A stretch of DNA of 64,000 bases, from positions 32,001 through 96,000 of the forward strand of contig JBPOGH010000003.1 in NCBI GenBank assembly GCA_051252135.1, read 5' to 3'. A program made the position numbers and the translations under genes. Positions 18,062 to 28,292 of this stretch are shown piece after piece (position 1 is the first letter of the stretch; each line of letters opens with the position of its first letter). Below the pieces are notes generated by a model. The model did not search any database. It worked only from the letters and a program-made list of their open reading frames with translations, and had not been told where the DNA came from. The DNA comes from Verrucomicrobiaceae bacterium. GTDB lineage: Bacteria > Verrucomicrobiota > Verrucomicrobiia > Verrucomicrobiales > Akkermansiaceae.

Positions 18062-21000
18062 TCACTCGCCAACCGGAGCCAATCGGTAATAGCGTTGCGA
18101 AGCTGTCGCGATTTCTTCGTCCGGCACCTCAATCAACCCGTCCGAAGGGACAAACGTTCCCATCGAAACCCAGCTTTGAAGATCGCTGGACACCTGAACG
18201 TCAACGGAAGCCCCGGATAACCCTAAAACGCGAAACTGAATCCCTCCGGTCTCGGGAAATTCCAGAGTTACCCTCCGGAAAGTCGCGGAAGCTTCAGAAA
18301 CTCCCTCAACAGGGGCGCTTGTTCCGTCAAAAGACGATGTTCCGCTAAAGCTTGCCGGCAATTTCTCATCCTCGGGCGGCAGAAGTGTGTAGAAAAACTC
18401 CCGCGCTTCATCGCCCACAAAGGGGCCCCACTTCAGCAAATTGTTGGTCGTATCATGGTCACCCGGGGCAGCCACGCTTACGACATTCCACCCCCCCGGA
18501 ACCGCCTCCTGAATGGCCCAGGCCGTCGTCCCGCTCGGTGGCTGGGCCGAAAGTTTGACCTGAAGCGCTTGGCCCGGGACATAAGTTTTCCCCACCAATC
18601 TTTCCACTCCTGCCTCCACACTTGCAGCCCCCTCGCTCGCATCTGCGGCGACCTGAAAACATGGAATCCACGAAAGCGGGGGAGCCGTGATCGAGGAGTC
18701 CACTTCGTAACACTCTCCCATCTGCCAAAGGACAGCCGCACGGGTCACAAAATCGATCGGAATCGGATCCGGATTAACCGGCCACGAAGCCCCCGTCCGC
18801 CAGGCGGCCCCGTACGCCGTGACTTCTTGGACCTCAATGCGCCAGTCGGCGGAATTTTCATCGGCGGGGTGCCGGGGCAGGGCGATAAATTCACTGTCGC
18901 CGGTCGTATCGCTCGTGAAGCCGTCCGCGGAGCTTGCACCAAAGAGTTGGGATGACCCCGCGGCGTCCGGAGCTGGAACAACCCGATAAGACAAGATGCG
19001 CGGAAGATCATCGTAAAAGGGGCCAAACTTCACTTTCCCGGTAATGGGATCAAAACTGCCGCCCTGATTCATATCCGTTGCTTGCCACCCCGCAGGCAGC
19101 AACTCTTCGTGAGCGTAGACTTGCGTGCCCGGAGTGGGACTTGCATCGAGAGTGACCAGGCGACGAAGAATGGTCCGCTCAATAAACGAAATCCCAACCG
19201 GCCCGTTCCCGCCGTGGAGCTTTGCAAGTCCGCTCACAGCAGTTCCGTCAAAGCTACTGAAGGTGCCTCCGATCAGGAAATCGTCATCGGGAAGAAGAAG
19301 AACGGAGCGAACAACGGCGCCTGCGCCATCAATACCCGTTCCCGGAGAAAAAGAGGAATCAATCTGACCATCGGCATGCAGTCTGACAATCCCGCTAAAT
19401 GCCTGCCCATCGACTGCCCGAAAGTCTCCCGCCACAAGAATCCGTCCATCGTCCTGCATTGCGACATCGTAGACGCTTCCGGAACTCACCAATGGAAGGT
19501 GGAAAGTCGGATCAAGGGATCCGTCCGGATTAAGGCGGACGAGATTGTGGACCAGCGCCCCATCGGCATCGTAGATATCCCCTCCGGCGAGAATCTTTCC
19601 GTCCCCTAGGACGGCAATGACACGGACCCGGGAAGCCAGGCCGGTTCCCGGAACGAAGTTGGTATCGAAAGTACCGTCTTCTTCGAATCTCGCAATCCCT
19701 CGAATCGTCACCCCGCCAATCGTCTGGAAGGTTCCTCCGGCGAGAATCTTTCCGTCGGTCTGGCGAGCGATGCAGGTGATCTCGCTGCTGGCTTCGGGAG
19801 AATTAAAACTCAAATCATAGGACCCGAAGGGCTGGGTGAGTCGATCAATACGATGTCCGTTGGGGGTACCCGAACCGGAAAACCATCCTGCCAAAACAAG
19901 CTTCCCGTCTGCCTGCTCGGCAAGGCCATGGACTGTTGCCGGCTCCCCGATCTCGGGGAAAAAATTCGTAATGTGCTGACCCGTCTCACCCCCAAATTTC
20001 GCAATCCCCGGCCGCCGGGATGATCCGACGTCGAGGAATTCACCGGCGACGAGAATCTCCCCGGTTGAGAGACTCAAAATATCGCGAACAAGGTCGTCGG
20101 GACCCGGCGGGTCGAAGGTGGTGTCGAGAGTACCGTCCGTTTCCAGTCGCCCGAAATTTCCACGGACTCCTCCACTCAGAGAGGTGAATTCTCCGCCCAC
20201 CAGAACCTTCCCGCTCCCCGGCTGGAGCGCCAATGCGGCCACCGTTCCGTCGCTGTTGATCGAACCCATGTAATTCTCGTCCAGAGTCCCCGGGATCGGT
20301 GGCACAGGGCCCGGCCCAATGACTCCCGTCAGGGAAAAGTCAAAACTGATGTCGCTGCTACCGGAAGATGATTGGTGAATTTCAACGGCAATAACATTGC
20401 GACCGGGCACCAGCAGGGACGGGTCGATCGTGAACGTAGCTTCGGCATTGTTCAGGATATTGCTCTGGGCTTGGGTTGTATTCCCGATCGCACTAACAGG
20501 AAGATTGATTCGTTCAACTTCAGTACCATTGAGGAAAATAATGGCTCCATCATCATAGAGGATCCACGCATCAAGTTCGGTGATCAGGTCGGCATTGGAC
20601 ACATTGATCACCCGGCGAAAATAGGTGGTAATGTAGCGCTCGTTCTCGTCCGGACCAAAACCTACCACAGTGGCTTCGTCTCCATCACCATAACCAAGTT
20701 GCGCATTCCCACTGTCCCAAATCGAAATATCATAGGGGTCCTCTTTCCAGGAACCGGAAGGGGTCGTCCCCTCGTCGTGATAATACCATTCATCTCCCGC
20801 CGGGATGTAGGGAATCGAAGTTCCGGCCGCAGGAGCAGAGGGGTTGGTGATGGCAAAGTTGTGATTCCCGCCAGCTGCAATGCCTATCGCAGGGCCCATG
20901 TCCGCTGGAATATCTTCTTGCCCGTGCCAGTTGCTGAACCCCCAAGCGACAATCGAACCGTCACTCCTGAGAGCGATGCTCCGGTCCAGAGCGCAGTCGA

Positions 21001-21763
21001 TAGCCGTCACTTGATCCAGCCCGGAAGGAATATCAGTTTGCCCGGAATTGTTACGCCCCCACGCAACGATCGTCCCATCGTTCAGCAGGGCAAGACTGTG
21101 ATAATCACCTGCCGAGATCGCTGCCACATTGCTCAGGCCTGCCGGAACATCAGTCTGCCCATACCCATTGTAGCCCCACGCAACAACAGTCCCGTTTGCC
21201 CGTAGAGCAAGACTGTGCCACCCGCCTCCGGCCACATCGACGATGTCGTCGAGTCCTGCCGGAACAGAAAGGGAACCAGGCACCCCAAATCCCCACGTTT
21301 CCACTTCCGAGTCGGCGGTCACCGCCAGTCCATGGTGGTTACCGGCTGATATCGCGGTCACCACCACCCCGTTAAGACTGGCCGGAGTATCGGCGTGATT
21401 CGTGAAACTCGGACCCCATGAAACAACTTCACCATTCGCCTTCAAGGCAATGCTGATCGTCTCTCCCGCAGCAACAGCTACAACATCATCAAGCCCTGCC
21501 GGAATCGTGCTCACGCCATCAGAATCCGTCCCATCGCCTCCCCATCCATGGACAGAGCCATTCTCCTCAACAACCAAAACGTGGTAACGGGCGGAGGAAG
21601 CGGAAACAATCTTCCCTTCCAGACCCGAAGGAATTTCGTTGGTTTGCCAGGAAGTGGACCCCCAATGAACCAAGGTGCCCGGCTCGGCGGCACCGGCGGC
21701 AAAAGAACCGAAAAAGCAGATCTCAAGGAGGACTGCCATGGCTACCGAAGCGTTGGTTTTCAT
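18062..21763 (-). CDS. Large multidomain surface protein: RCC1/BLIP-II repeats, jelly-roll domain, delta-60-type propeller repeats, duplicated beta-sandwich, C-terminal module
   Basis: Repeats of AG..HSLAL..DGT.VAWG.N..GQTD.P; WYYHDEG...LGYGDGDE; repeated Q.DGKIL.GG.F...RL..DG.LD.TF. Confidence 0.85.
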   Translation of the reverse strand: MKTNASVAMAVLLEICFFGSFAAGAAEPGTLVHWGSTSWQTNEIPSGLEGKIVSASSARYHVLVVEENGSVHGWGGDGTDSDGVSTIPAGLDDVVAVAAGETISIALKANGEVVSWGPSFTNHADTPASLNGVVVTAISAGNHHGLAVTADSEVETWGFGVPGSLSVPAGLDDIVDVAGGGWHSLALRANGTVVAWGYNGYGQTDVPAGLSNVAAISAGDYHSLALLNDGTIVAWGRNNSGQTDIPSGLDQVTAIDCALDRSIALRSDGSIVAWGFSNWHGQEDIPADMGPAIGIAAGGNHNFAITNPSAPAAGTSIPYIPAGDEWYYHDEGTTPSGSWKEDPYDISIWDSGNAQLGYGDGDEATVVGFGPDENERYITTYFRRVINVSNADLITELDAWILYDDGAIIFLNGTEVERINLPVSAIGNTTQAQSNILNNAEATFTIDPSLLVPGRNVIAVEIHQSSSGSSDISFDFSLTGVIGPGPVPPIPGTLDENYMGSINSDGTVAALALQPGSGKVLVGGEFTSLSGGVRGNFGRLETDGTLDTTFDPPGPDDLVRDILSLSTGEILVAGEFLDVGSSRRPGIAKFGGETGQHITNFFPEIGEPATVHGLAEQADGKLVLAGWFSGSGTPNGHRIDRLTQPFGSYDLSFNSPEASSEITCIARQTDGKILAGGTFQTIGGVTIRGIARFEEDGTFDTNFVPGTGLASRVRVIAVLGDGKILAGGDIYDADGALVHNLVRLNPDGSLDPTFHLPLVSSGSVYDVAMQDDGRILVAGDFRAVDGQAFSGIVRLHADGQIDSSFSPGTGIDGAGAVVRSVLLLPDDDFLIGGTFSSFDGTAVSGLAKLHGGNGPVGISFIERTILRRLVTLDASPTPGTQVYAHEELLPAGWQATDMNQGGSFDPITGKVKFGPFYDDLPRILSYRVVPAPDAAGSSQLFGASSADGFTSDTTGDSEFIALPRHPADENSADWRIEVQEVTAYGAAWRTGASWPVNPDPIPIDFVTRAAVLWQMGECYEVDSSITAPPLSWIPCFQVAADASEGAASVEAGVERLVGKTYVPGQALQVKLSAQPPSGTTAWAIQEAVPGGWNVVSVAAPGDHDTTNNLLKWGPFVGDEAREFFYTLLPPEDEKLPASFSGTSSFDGTSAPVEGVSEASATFRRVTLEFPETGGIQFRVLGLSGASVDVQVSSDLQSWVSMGTFVPSDGLIEVPDEEIATASQRYYRLAPVGE

Positions 21764-21981
21764 GACTTTTTAGGGTGAGGGGAAAGAAAATCACACCAGC
21801 AGACTCTCCACTCCGGAAAGCGCTTGAGGTAATTCCACCTAAAAACCCGACTGAGGCTACCACCATTTTCGTTCCTAATCAACATTGGATCGTGTTTCGA
21901 CGCTTTAAGCCCCCCTCAATCAACGCATCACTCCCGTGGAAAAGAAGAAGATTCCCACGCCGCGTCCCGTATCAGAACACA

Positions 21982-23985
21982 ATGAAGTGTTCCCTCCTTG
22001 CTCTCGCCCTTTGCTCCTCAGCCGTTCTGGCCGATCCACCGCCGGTGAATCCCAACATCGGACACAATCACCACCTCCATCGTCACGGCGCCAAGCACGA
22101 GACCGTCGCTCCCACCGCCGACCGTTTCGATACCTCCCGCCAAAGCAAAGTCACCCTCCCCCTTCCCAACGAAAAGGACGCCTTCACCTTCGTCGTTTAC
22201 GGCGACCGCACCGGCGGCCCGGATAACGGAGTCTCCATCCTCGCCGACGCCGTCCGCGACACCAATCTCCTCGAGCCCGACTTCGTCATGACCGTTGGCG
22301 ATCTCATCAACGGCTACAGCAATGAGGACGTCTGGATGACCCAAATGAAGGAATACAAATCCATCATGAACGAACTCGCCTGCCCATGGTTCCCCGTCGC
22401 CGGAAATCACGACATCTACTGGCGCGGCGATGACCCATCCCAAAAACCGGAAGGAGAACTGGAAACGGCCTACGAAATGCACTTCGGCCCCCTCTGGTAT
22501 GCCTTCGAGCACAAGAATTCCTGGTTCGTCGTCCTTTATTCCGACGAGGGCGACCCCAAGACCGGCGAGAAAACCTTCGGCAAACCATCCGCCCAAAAGA
22601 TCAGTCCCGAACAATTCACCTGGCTCGACCAAACTCTCAAAAAGGCCAAGGACGCCGAGCACGTCTTCCTCTTCCTCCACCACCCCCGCTGGCTCGGCCG
22701 CGGTTATGGTGACGATTGGGAACGCGTCCACAAACGCCTCAAAGAAGCCGGAAACGTCTCCGCTGTCTTCGCCGGTCACATTCACACCATGCGCTACGAT
22801 GGCCCCCGCGATGGCATCGAATACGTCACCCTCGCCACCACCGGCGGCCACCAGTCCGGAGCCATCCCCCAAGCCGGTTTCCTCCATCACTACGACATCG
22901 TCACCGTCCGCAAGGACCGCATCTCTCTCGCCGCCGTCCCCGTGGGCGAAGTCCTCGACGTCCGTGAAATCACCGGCGACCTCATCGCCCAGGTAAACAA
23001 AATCAAGAGCTCCCCGGTAAAAATCACCCCGCCACTCCCTCTCGGACACGAGGCCGGCGGCCGCCATTCCCTGACTGTAACCCTCACCAATCCCGGTGAC
23101 CGTCCCCTCGCCACCGTCCTCACCCATGGCACCCCCGGCTCAGCCTTCCATTGCCAGCCCGACCACCACCACGCCACCCTCAAACCCGGCGCATCACAGA
23201 CCTTCAACTTTGACCTCTCCTGGAACTCAACGGCCACCCTGGGCAGCTTCATCACCCCGACCTTCCACCTCGACACCGAATACCTCGCCAAAGGATTCGC
23301 CTACGAAATCCCACGCCGCACCCTCACTGTCCCCCTCGATCTTCAGCTCGCCCAAAACGATGACCTCCCCAATGGAGCGGCGCGATTCGATGGTGCCACC
23401 CAATCCCTCTCCGTTCCTGCAAACCGGTTCAAAATCACCGGAGATCTCACCCTCGAATGCCGCTTCAAGGCAGACTCCTTCCCCGGCCGCACCGGCCTCG
23501 TCACCAAAACCGAAAACTCCGGCTACGGAATCTTCATCAGCGATGGCAGACCCCAGTTCAGCATCTTCATCGGAGGAGAATATCTCAACGCCATCGCAGA
23601 TTCCCCTCTCCTCAAAGTCGACACCTGGCACCAACTCGCAGCCGTCTACGATGGCTCCGAAGCCCGCCTCTACCTCGATGGCAAACTCATCGCCTCCGCA
23701 AGCCGAAAAGGAAAACTAAAAGACAACCGACTCCCCCTCATCATCGGAGGTGACGTCAACGGTCAGGGCCGCGCGGTCTCCCCTTTTGCCGGCCTCATCG
23801 ACTTCGTTCGCCTCACCCCGTCCGCCCTCTACACCGGACCGGACATGACTCCTGCTAACTCAAATAAAGAAGCCCTCATCCATCTCCCCCTCAACGAAAA
23901 CATCGGCCCCTGGCACCCCGACGCCTCGCCATCAAAAGCCCACGCCATGGCCACCGGCGGCGTGACCATCGAAACACTTGAGTAA
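21982..23985 (+). CDS. Calcineurin-like metallophosphoesterase with C-terminal LamG/concanavalin A domain
   Basis: YGDRTG, VGDLING, AGNHD, LHHP and AGHIH metal motifs; WHQLAAVYDG...LYLDG LamG motif; His-rich N-terminus. Confidence 0.9.
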   Translation: MKCSLLALALCSSAVLADPPPVNPNIGHNHHLHRHGAKHETVAPTADRFDTSRQSKVTLPLPNEKDAFTFVVYGDRTGGPDNGVSILADAVRDTNLLEPDFVMTVGDLINGYSNEDVWMTQMKEYKSIMNELACPWFPVAGNHDIYWRGDDPSQKPEGELETAYEMHFGPLWYAFEHKNSWFVVLYSDEGDPKTGEKTFGKPSAQKISPEQFTWLDQTLKKAKDAEHVFLFLHHPRWLGRGYGDDWERVHKRLKEAGNVSAVFAGHIHTMRYDGPRDGIEYVTLATTGGHQSGAIPQAGFLHHYDIVTVRKDRISLAAVPVGEVLDVREITGDLIAQVNKIKSSPVKITPPLPLGHEAGGRHSLTVTLTNPGDRPLATVLTHGTPGSAFHCQPDHHHATLKPGASQTFNFDLSWNSTATLGSFITPTFHLDTEYLAKGFAYEIPRRTLTVPLDLQLAQNDDLPNGAARFDGATQSLSVPANRFKITGDLTLECRFKADSFPGRTGLVTKTENSGYGIFISDGRPQFSIFIGGEYLNAIADSPLLKVDTWHQLAAVYDGSEARLYLDGKLIASASRKGKLKDNRLPLIIGGDVNGQGRAVSPFAGLIDFVRLTPSALYTGPDMTPANSNKEALIHLPLNENIGPWHPDASPSKAHAMATGGVTIETLE

Positions 23986-24070
23986 GTTACTCGCTTTCTC
24001 CTCAGCGAAGCTGCAATTCTTTCAAGGCCCCAAAAAAGAGAACACTCGTTGGGCATTTTTCAGACGTCCT

Positions 24071-24562
24071 CTAAAGTCGCACTTTCACCACCAGCTTCCG
24101 AACCAGCTCCGCCTGTCCAATCTCCAGACCGGGACGATGACCGTCAACCGGCAGGTAGATCGCAACGTCACCAGCCTCCAGTCGCAAAACCGAGCCTTTC
24201 TCGTAGTTTTCAAAGTAGAGCATGTCCCGCTGCGGTGAAAGATCCTCCACCAACTTCAGATTTTCCACCTTGGTCACATCCATCCGCTCCTCACCGGCGA
24301 GGATCACCTGGACATCCGCCCATTCGCGATGGGACTCCCAACGCACCTCCGCCGGCCTCTTCGTCAGATAAGCTTCCTCAATCAGAAAAATCCCGTCGCT
24401 CACCTCAAGCCTGATCGACTCCCCTTCCGCCCGCGAAAACGCCCGCTCCCGCTCCTCGCTTCCCTCGTTGAGGTAACGAAGCACGATCTCTCTCGCTTCT
24501 TCCCAGCGCTCGCCCTTCGGCCACTGGTCTTTCAAATCGCCCGCCGGTCCAAAGATTGCCAT
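24071..24562 (-). CDS. YhcH/YjgK/YiaL (DUF386) family protein
   Basis: WESHREWADVQVILAGEE...AIYLPVDGHRP...VRKLVVKV. Confidence 0.88.
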   Translation of the reverse strand: MAIFGPAGDLKDQWPKGERWEEAREIVLRYLNEGSEERERAFSRAEGESIRLEVSDGIFLIEEAYLTKRPAEVRWESHREWADVQVILAGEERMDVTKVENLKLVEDLSPQRDMLYFENYEKGSVLRLEAGDVAIYLPVDGHRPGLEIGQAELVRKLVVKVRL

Positions 24563-24664
24563 CCCGGACTCTCCCACCTGCGCTTTCACCTGACAAGCCT
24601 CACCCTAGGCATGACGGTTTCATCACCTCCTTTGACCCGCTGCGGTTCCCGGCGCCCGAAGCCC

Positions 24665-25579
24665 TCACCACTTGGCCGCCTTCGGCTTCGCCCCGGGAAT
24701 CCTGAGAGAAATCTGGTAGAGGGACGTCCTCGCGGTGATGTAGAGGTAGTCGTAGGAAACAGCGCCGAAACAAACATTGGCCGGACGCTCCGGAGTTTCG
24801 ATCACCCCCAGCTTCTTGCCCGTTTTGTCGAAGACATGAATGCCGCCTTCAGCAGTCGTATAAAGGTTCCCTTTGACGTCAACACACATCCCGTCACAGC
24901 GGACATCGAGCTCGAAGATGACGTCTGACAACGTGTGATCCTCTTTGATATCGAAAGCCCGCACCTTGCCAATTTTCCCGGTATCGGAAATGTAAACCCG
25001 CTCTTCGTCGGGGGAAAACACGATCCCGTTTGGCATATCGAATCCCGCATAAACCAAGGTCACCGCTCCCGATTTCGCATCGATCCGATAGACATTCTGG
25101 CCATCGATCTCCTGCCCGGCCTTGTCCCCGCCCAAGCCATAAGTGGGATCGGTGAACCAGATCGACCCGTCCGAGCGAATCGCCAGATCATTCGGTGAAT
25201 TGAATCTCTTCCCCTGATATTTGGAGGCCAGCACTTCGTGAGTCCCATCCGCTTTCCAACGGACCACGTTTCGGCCCGCGTGTTGGCAGGAAAGCAGATT
25301 TCCTTCCAGATCAACGATGTTTCCGTTCGTCGCTTCCACATCCCGGAGCTTGCTGTCCCCCTCGTCGGGATCCCACTGCATGTGGACCCGGTTGGGGATA
25401 TCGGAAAAAACGAGGATCTTCTTGGCCGGAAGCCAGACCGGACCCTCCGTAAATCGATAACCCGTGCCCAACTGGGTCAGTTCGGACTCTTTGCGGAGAA
25501 TGGAAGCGAGGCCTTCCTCAGCCGATGCGGGAAGCGCAAGAGCGAGAAGAGTCAGCAGAGCAGGGAACGGCATCTTCAT
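24665..25579 (-). CDS. SMP-30/gluconolactonase family protein, secreted
   Basis: FTEGPVW, FSDIP, NSPNDL, FTDP.YG, PNGIVFSPDE, DGMCVD, PANVCFG. Confidence 0.92.
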   Translation of the reverse strand: MKMPFPALLTLLALALPASAEEGLASILRKESELTQLGTGYRFTEGPVWLPAKKILVFSDIPNRVHMQWDPDEGDSKLRDVEATNGNIVDLEGNLLSCQHAGRNVVRWKADGTHEVLASKYQGKRFNSPNDLAIRSDGSIWFTDPTYGLGGDKAGQEIDGQNVYRIDAKSGAVTLVYAGFDMPNGIVFSPDEERVYISDTGKIGKVRAFDIKEDHTLSDVIFELDVRCDGMCVDVKGNLYTTAEGGIHVFDKTGKKLGVIETPERPANVCFGAVSYDYLYITARTSLYQISLRIPGAKPKAAKW

Positions 25580-25629
25580 GAAAACCAACCTACTCAAAAA
25601 TCGCCCGGGAGCGAAAGAAATAGAGCCCC

Positions 25630-26121
25630 CTACTTGCTCTTCACTGAATTCAAAATTCCCGTGATCGCTTTCGCATGCTTCTCGAGCGCCTCAATCGGGA
25701 TGATGTTGAAAAGCATGAACGATTCCTCGGAATCCTTCGGCGTGAAAACACAGCAGTTCACCGCAAAATCCACTTCCTCCATCGTCACTTTCGCATTCAA
25801 AAAAATCACATCGATTTCGTTCAGTTTTCCTTTCGCGGGATCATCACTGAACTGAATCCCCTTCAACTCCTCCTTGAGCCCCTCCTTCGCCATCTTGATC
25901 GCGTCATCAAGTGCCTCCGCTTCAAAAACCACCAACTCCATATTCGCCAGCTCATCCTTGGACGATGCCGAAACCGATTCATCCTCCATCGTCAGAGTCC
26001 ACTCATCCGGGAAGGAAATCGAAAACACCGGCTCCTCGGCCGGATAGTTGATGACCTGCTGCGCCAAGGAGGCCGTCGAGAGAAGGCACGACAATAGGGT
26101 GGAAAAAATCAGCTGTTTCAT
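25630..26121 (-). CDS. Secreted hypothetical protein
   Basis: Signal peptide MKQLIFSTLL...SLA followed by an FSISFPDEW motif. Confidence 0.75.
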   Translation of the reverse strand: MKQLIFSTLLSCLLSTASLAQQVINYPAEEPVFSISFPDEWTLTMEDESVSASSKDELANMELVVFEAEALDDAIKMAKEGLKEELKGIQFSDDPAKGKLNEIDVIFLNAKVTMEEVDFAVNCCVFTPKDSEESFMLFNIIPIEALEKHAKAITGILNSVKSK

Positions 26122-26242
26122 GAGTGGTCGGGTTCGGATTCTTTTGCCTCCCCTCGTACTCCCACCATGGGATTTTTCGGGAAAAACGGAGCTTTCTAAC
26201 AGATCATTACGATCCCATCCAGAATGAAACATCTCTCCCCAC

Positions 26243-26743
26243 TCACTTTTTCAACTCCTTCTTCCGGACCTTCACACTTCCCGCGCCGACGATATGGGTG
26301 ACCCAAACCCCCGTGATCGTCATTTTCTCCTCCTGATAACCGATCGTGACCGCATCCCCCACCTGGATCTCCCGCGCATCAGCAAGCGTCCCCTCCCACC
26401 ACTTCTTGATCCGGGCCTTCTGTTCCTCTGTCAAACGGTCTGGATCCGCTCCCGGCACCCCCGAGACATCCCTCCGGCTGGAATAAGGAACCACCTCGAA
26501 GGTGCAATCCACCACCTTCGCATACACCATTTGCGCCGGCTGCCCAAACGCGCTCGCATCACCATGCTCCGCATCACTCATGATCCGCTTGTGAAGCATC
26601 CCGCTTCCCACGATCACCACTCGTTCCTCTTCGATCGTGATCGAGGTCACCTTGTCCAGCTCCACCACCGACGAATTCCCTCCCCCAAAGCAGGGCACAA
26701 GCAGCACGAAAAGGAAACCAAATGCCCAAAGTAGTTTGTTCAT
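26243..26743 (-). CDS. Secreted hypothetical protein
   Basis: 166-aa ORF with N-terminal hydrophobic signal and genome-typical codon bias. Confidence 0.7.
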   Translation of the reverse strand: MNKLLWAFGFLFVLLVPCFGGGNSSVVELDKVTSITIEEERVVIVGSGMLHKRIMSDAEHGDASAFGQPAQMVYAKVVDCTFEVVPYSSRRDVSGVPGADPDRLTEEQKARIKKWWEGTLADAREIQVGDAVTIGYQEEKMTITGVWVTHIVGAGSVKVRKKELKK

Positions 26744-27172
26744 GGCAAAACCCTACCACATCCGGCACGGGATCACTGTCACGTGAATGTAAAATCCGTC
26801 GGCAGACCCACCGATTCCTGTCACTTGGAAGCTTTCGGTTCCGGATTCTTCTTTTCTCCCTTTCAATTCCTCCCCATGGCACGCAATGTCTCTCCCGCGC
26901 ATTGGCAGAAAGCTTCCGGATTTCAGCCTCCCCGCGAACAACAAAAATTGGGCATTCTTTACGCCAAATTTCACTTTCATGGAATTACACAAAATCTGTC
27001 TAACAGGTTCGTTTTTCCCGTAGTTTAAGCATTGTTGAGCCGTTTTTTCTTTGCCAGCGTGCCAGCCGCAGTCGCTGCACCATAGTGGCTTCCGCTGAAA
27101 TTTCTGAATGATTTCTACAAGGAAACTCAACCTGAATGGAAGCATTTGGAAAATCGAAACACTCGAACAACG

Positions 27173-28201
27173 ATGAAAAACTACGTTAATAAAACTACGA
27201 AATTATTCGCCACTTCGGCGATCTCACTTGCACTCGGAGGCGCTGCCCAGGCAGCCGTTTGGACCGGTGCTGGTGTTGGAAACGAATACTCCACCGCAGC
27301 GAACTGGGACGACAACTCCGCCCCCTCCTCCGGGAGCACACAGGACATCAACAGTGCCGTCACCGTTGATCGCACCGTAGACAGCACCGCTGGCCGTACT
27401 TTCATCTCCGGAGGAGCAGTCGTGAACATCGGAAGCGGAACTCACAGCGATAATACTTCAGGTGCCGGAATCAGAAATTTCTTGGGACGAGGCAGTGATG
27501 GCACCGTCAACCAGTCCGGTGGAGACTACAATATCGGACACATGCTTTCGATCGGGGGCGGTGGTGCTAGCGGCAACGGAATCTATAATCTGACCGGTGG
27601 CACTCTGAACCTGTCCCGTGGTTCCGATTCGATCATCGATGGCTCAAACCCCCATGGTCGCCCTTCTCTTGAAGTCAGTGATGAGGAAAACGCCGGTTCG
27701 GGTCTCTTCGAAATCTCAGGCGGTTCCCTGATCACGCGATTTGCTGCAGGAGTCGGAAGCACCGGCACCTTTAGCGTCGTGGGTTCAGCATCCACGATTG
27801 ACATTGGCAACCTCACCAACGGAAGCGGAGATTGGCTCCAACAAGCCGGCGGCACGATCAAAGCAACTGTCGACCTCGGTGGCCTGACCCCCATTCGTAT
27901 TAATGACTTGGCTGCTTCCGGTTCCGTCCTTGCTGAATTTAAGTCGGGCGCGCTCCTTGAAATGGATTTCAACGTCACTCCCTACCCTGGTTCTTGGACT
28001 GTTCTGCAAGCCGAAGGCACCGACATCCTGGACGGCGGACTCGCGCTTACGGGCTCCACGCCTGCCGGCTGGTCCTTCAACGTGGACAACAGCGGAGCGA
28101 ACGGACTCCTGATCGCTACCTATGTTCCCGAGCCAAGCGCCTTCACGCTTCTCTCGCTGAGCCTTGGTTCACTGATCATGCTTCGCCGCCGCGCCAAGTA
28201 A
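27173..28201 (+). CDS. PEP-CTERM protein (Gly/Ser/Thr-rich, beta-helix-like)
   Basis: Signal peptide, G.YNL.GG repeats; C-terminus VPEPSAFTLLSLSLGSLIMLRRRAK. Confidence 0.92.
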   Translation: MKNYVNKTTKLFATSAISLALGGAAQAAVWTGAGVGNEYSTAANWDDNSAPSSGSTQDINSAVTVDRTVDSTAGRTFISGGAVVNIGSGTHSDNTSGAGIRNFLGRGSDGTVNQSGGDYNIGHMLSIGGGGASGNGIYNLTGGTLNLSRGSDSIIDGSNPHGRPSLEVSDEENAGSGLFEISGGSLITRFAAGVGSTGTFSVVGSASTIDIGNLTNGSGDWLQQAGGTIKATVDLGGLTPIRINDLAASGSVLAEFKSGALLEMDFNVTPYPGSWTVLQAEGTDILDGGLALTGSTPAGWSFNVDNSGANGLLIATYVPEPSAFTLLSLSLGSLIMLRRRAK

Positions 28202-28243
28202 AATCACTCCATCTCGATCGACTGCACCTGCAGTCTTTCATGC

Positions 28244-28274
28244 AAAAGGATGCCTCCGGGGCATCCTTTTTTTT
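28244..28274 (+). terminator. Intrinsic, probably bidirectional terminator
   Basis: AAAAGGATGCC-TCCGG-GGCATCCTTTTTTTT between convergent genes. Confidence 0.85.
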
Positions 28275-28292
28275 GTCCCTGTCTCGCAGCCT

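Noticed and set aside
20900..21680. Periodic DNA repeats suggesting an array
   Set aside because: They are degenerate protein-level RCC1-type repeats within a CDS, not CRISPR or a non-coding array.
26744..27172. Riboswitch or ncRNA in the long intergenic region
   Set aside because: I could not recognise any conserved aptamer motif. An Rfam/Infernal scan would be needed.
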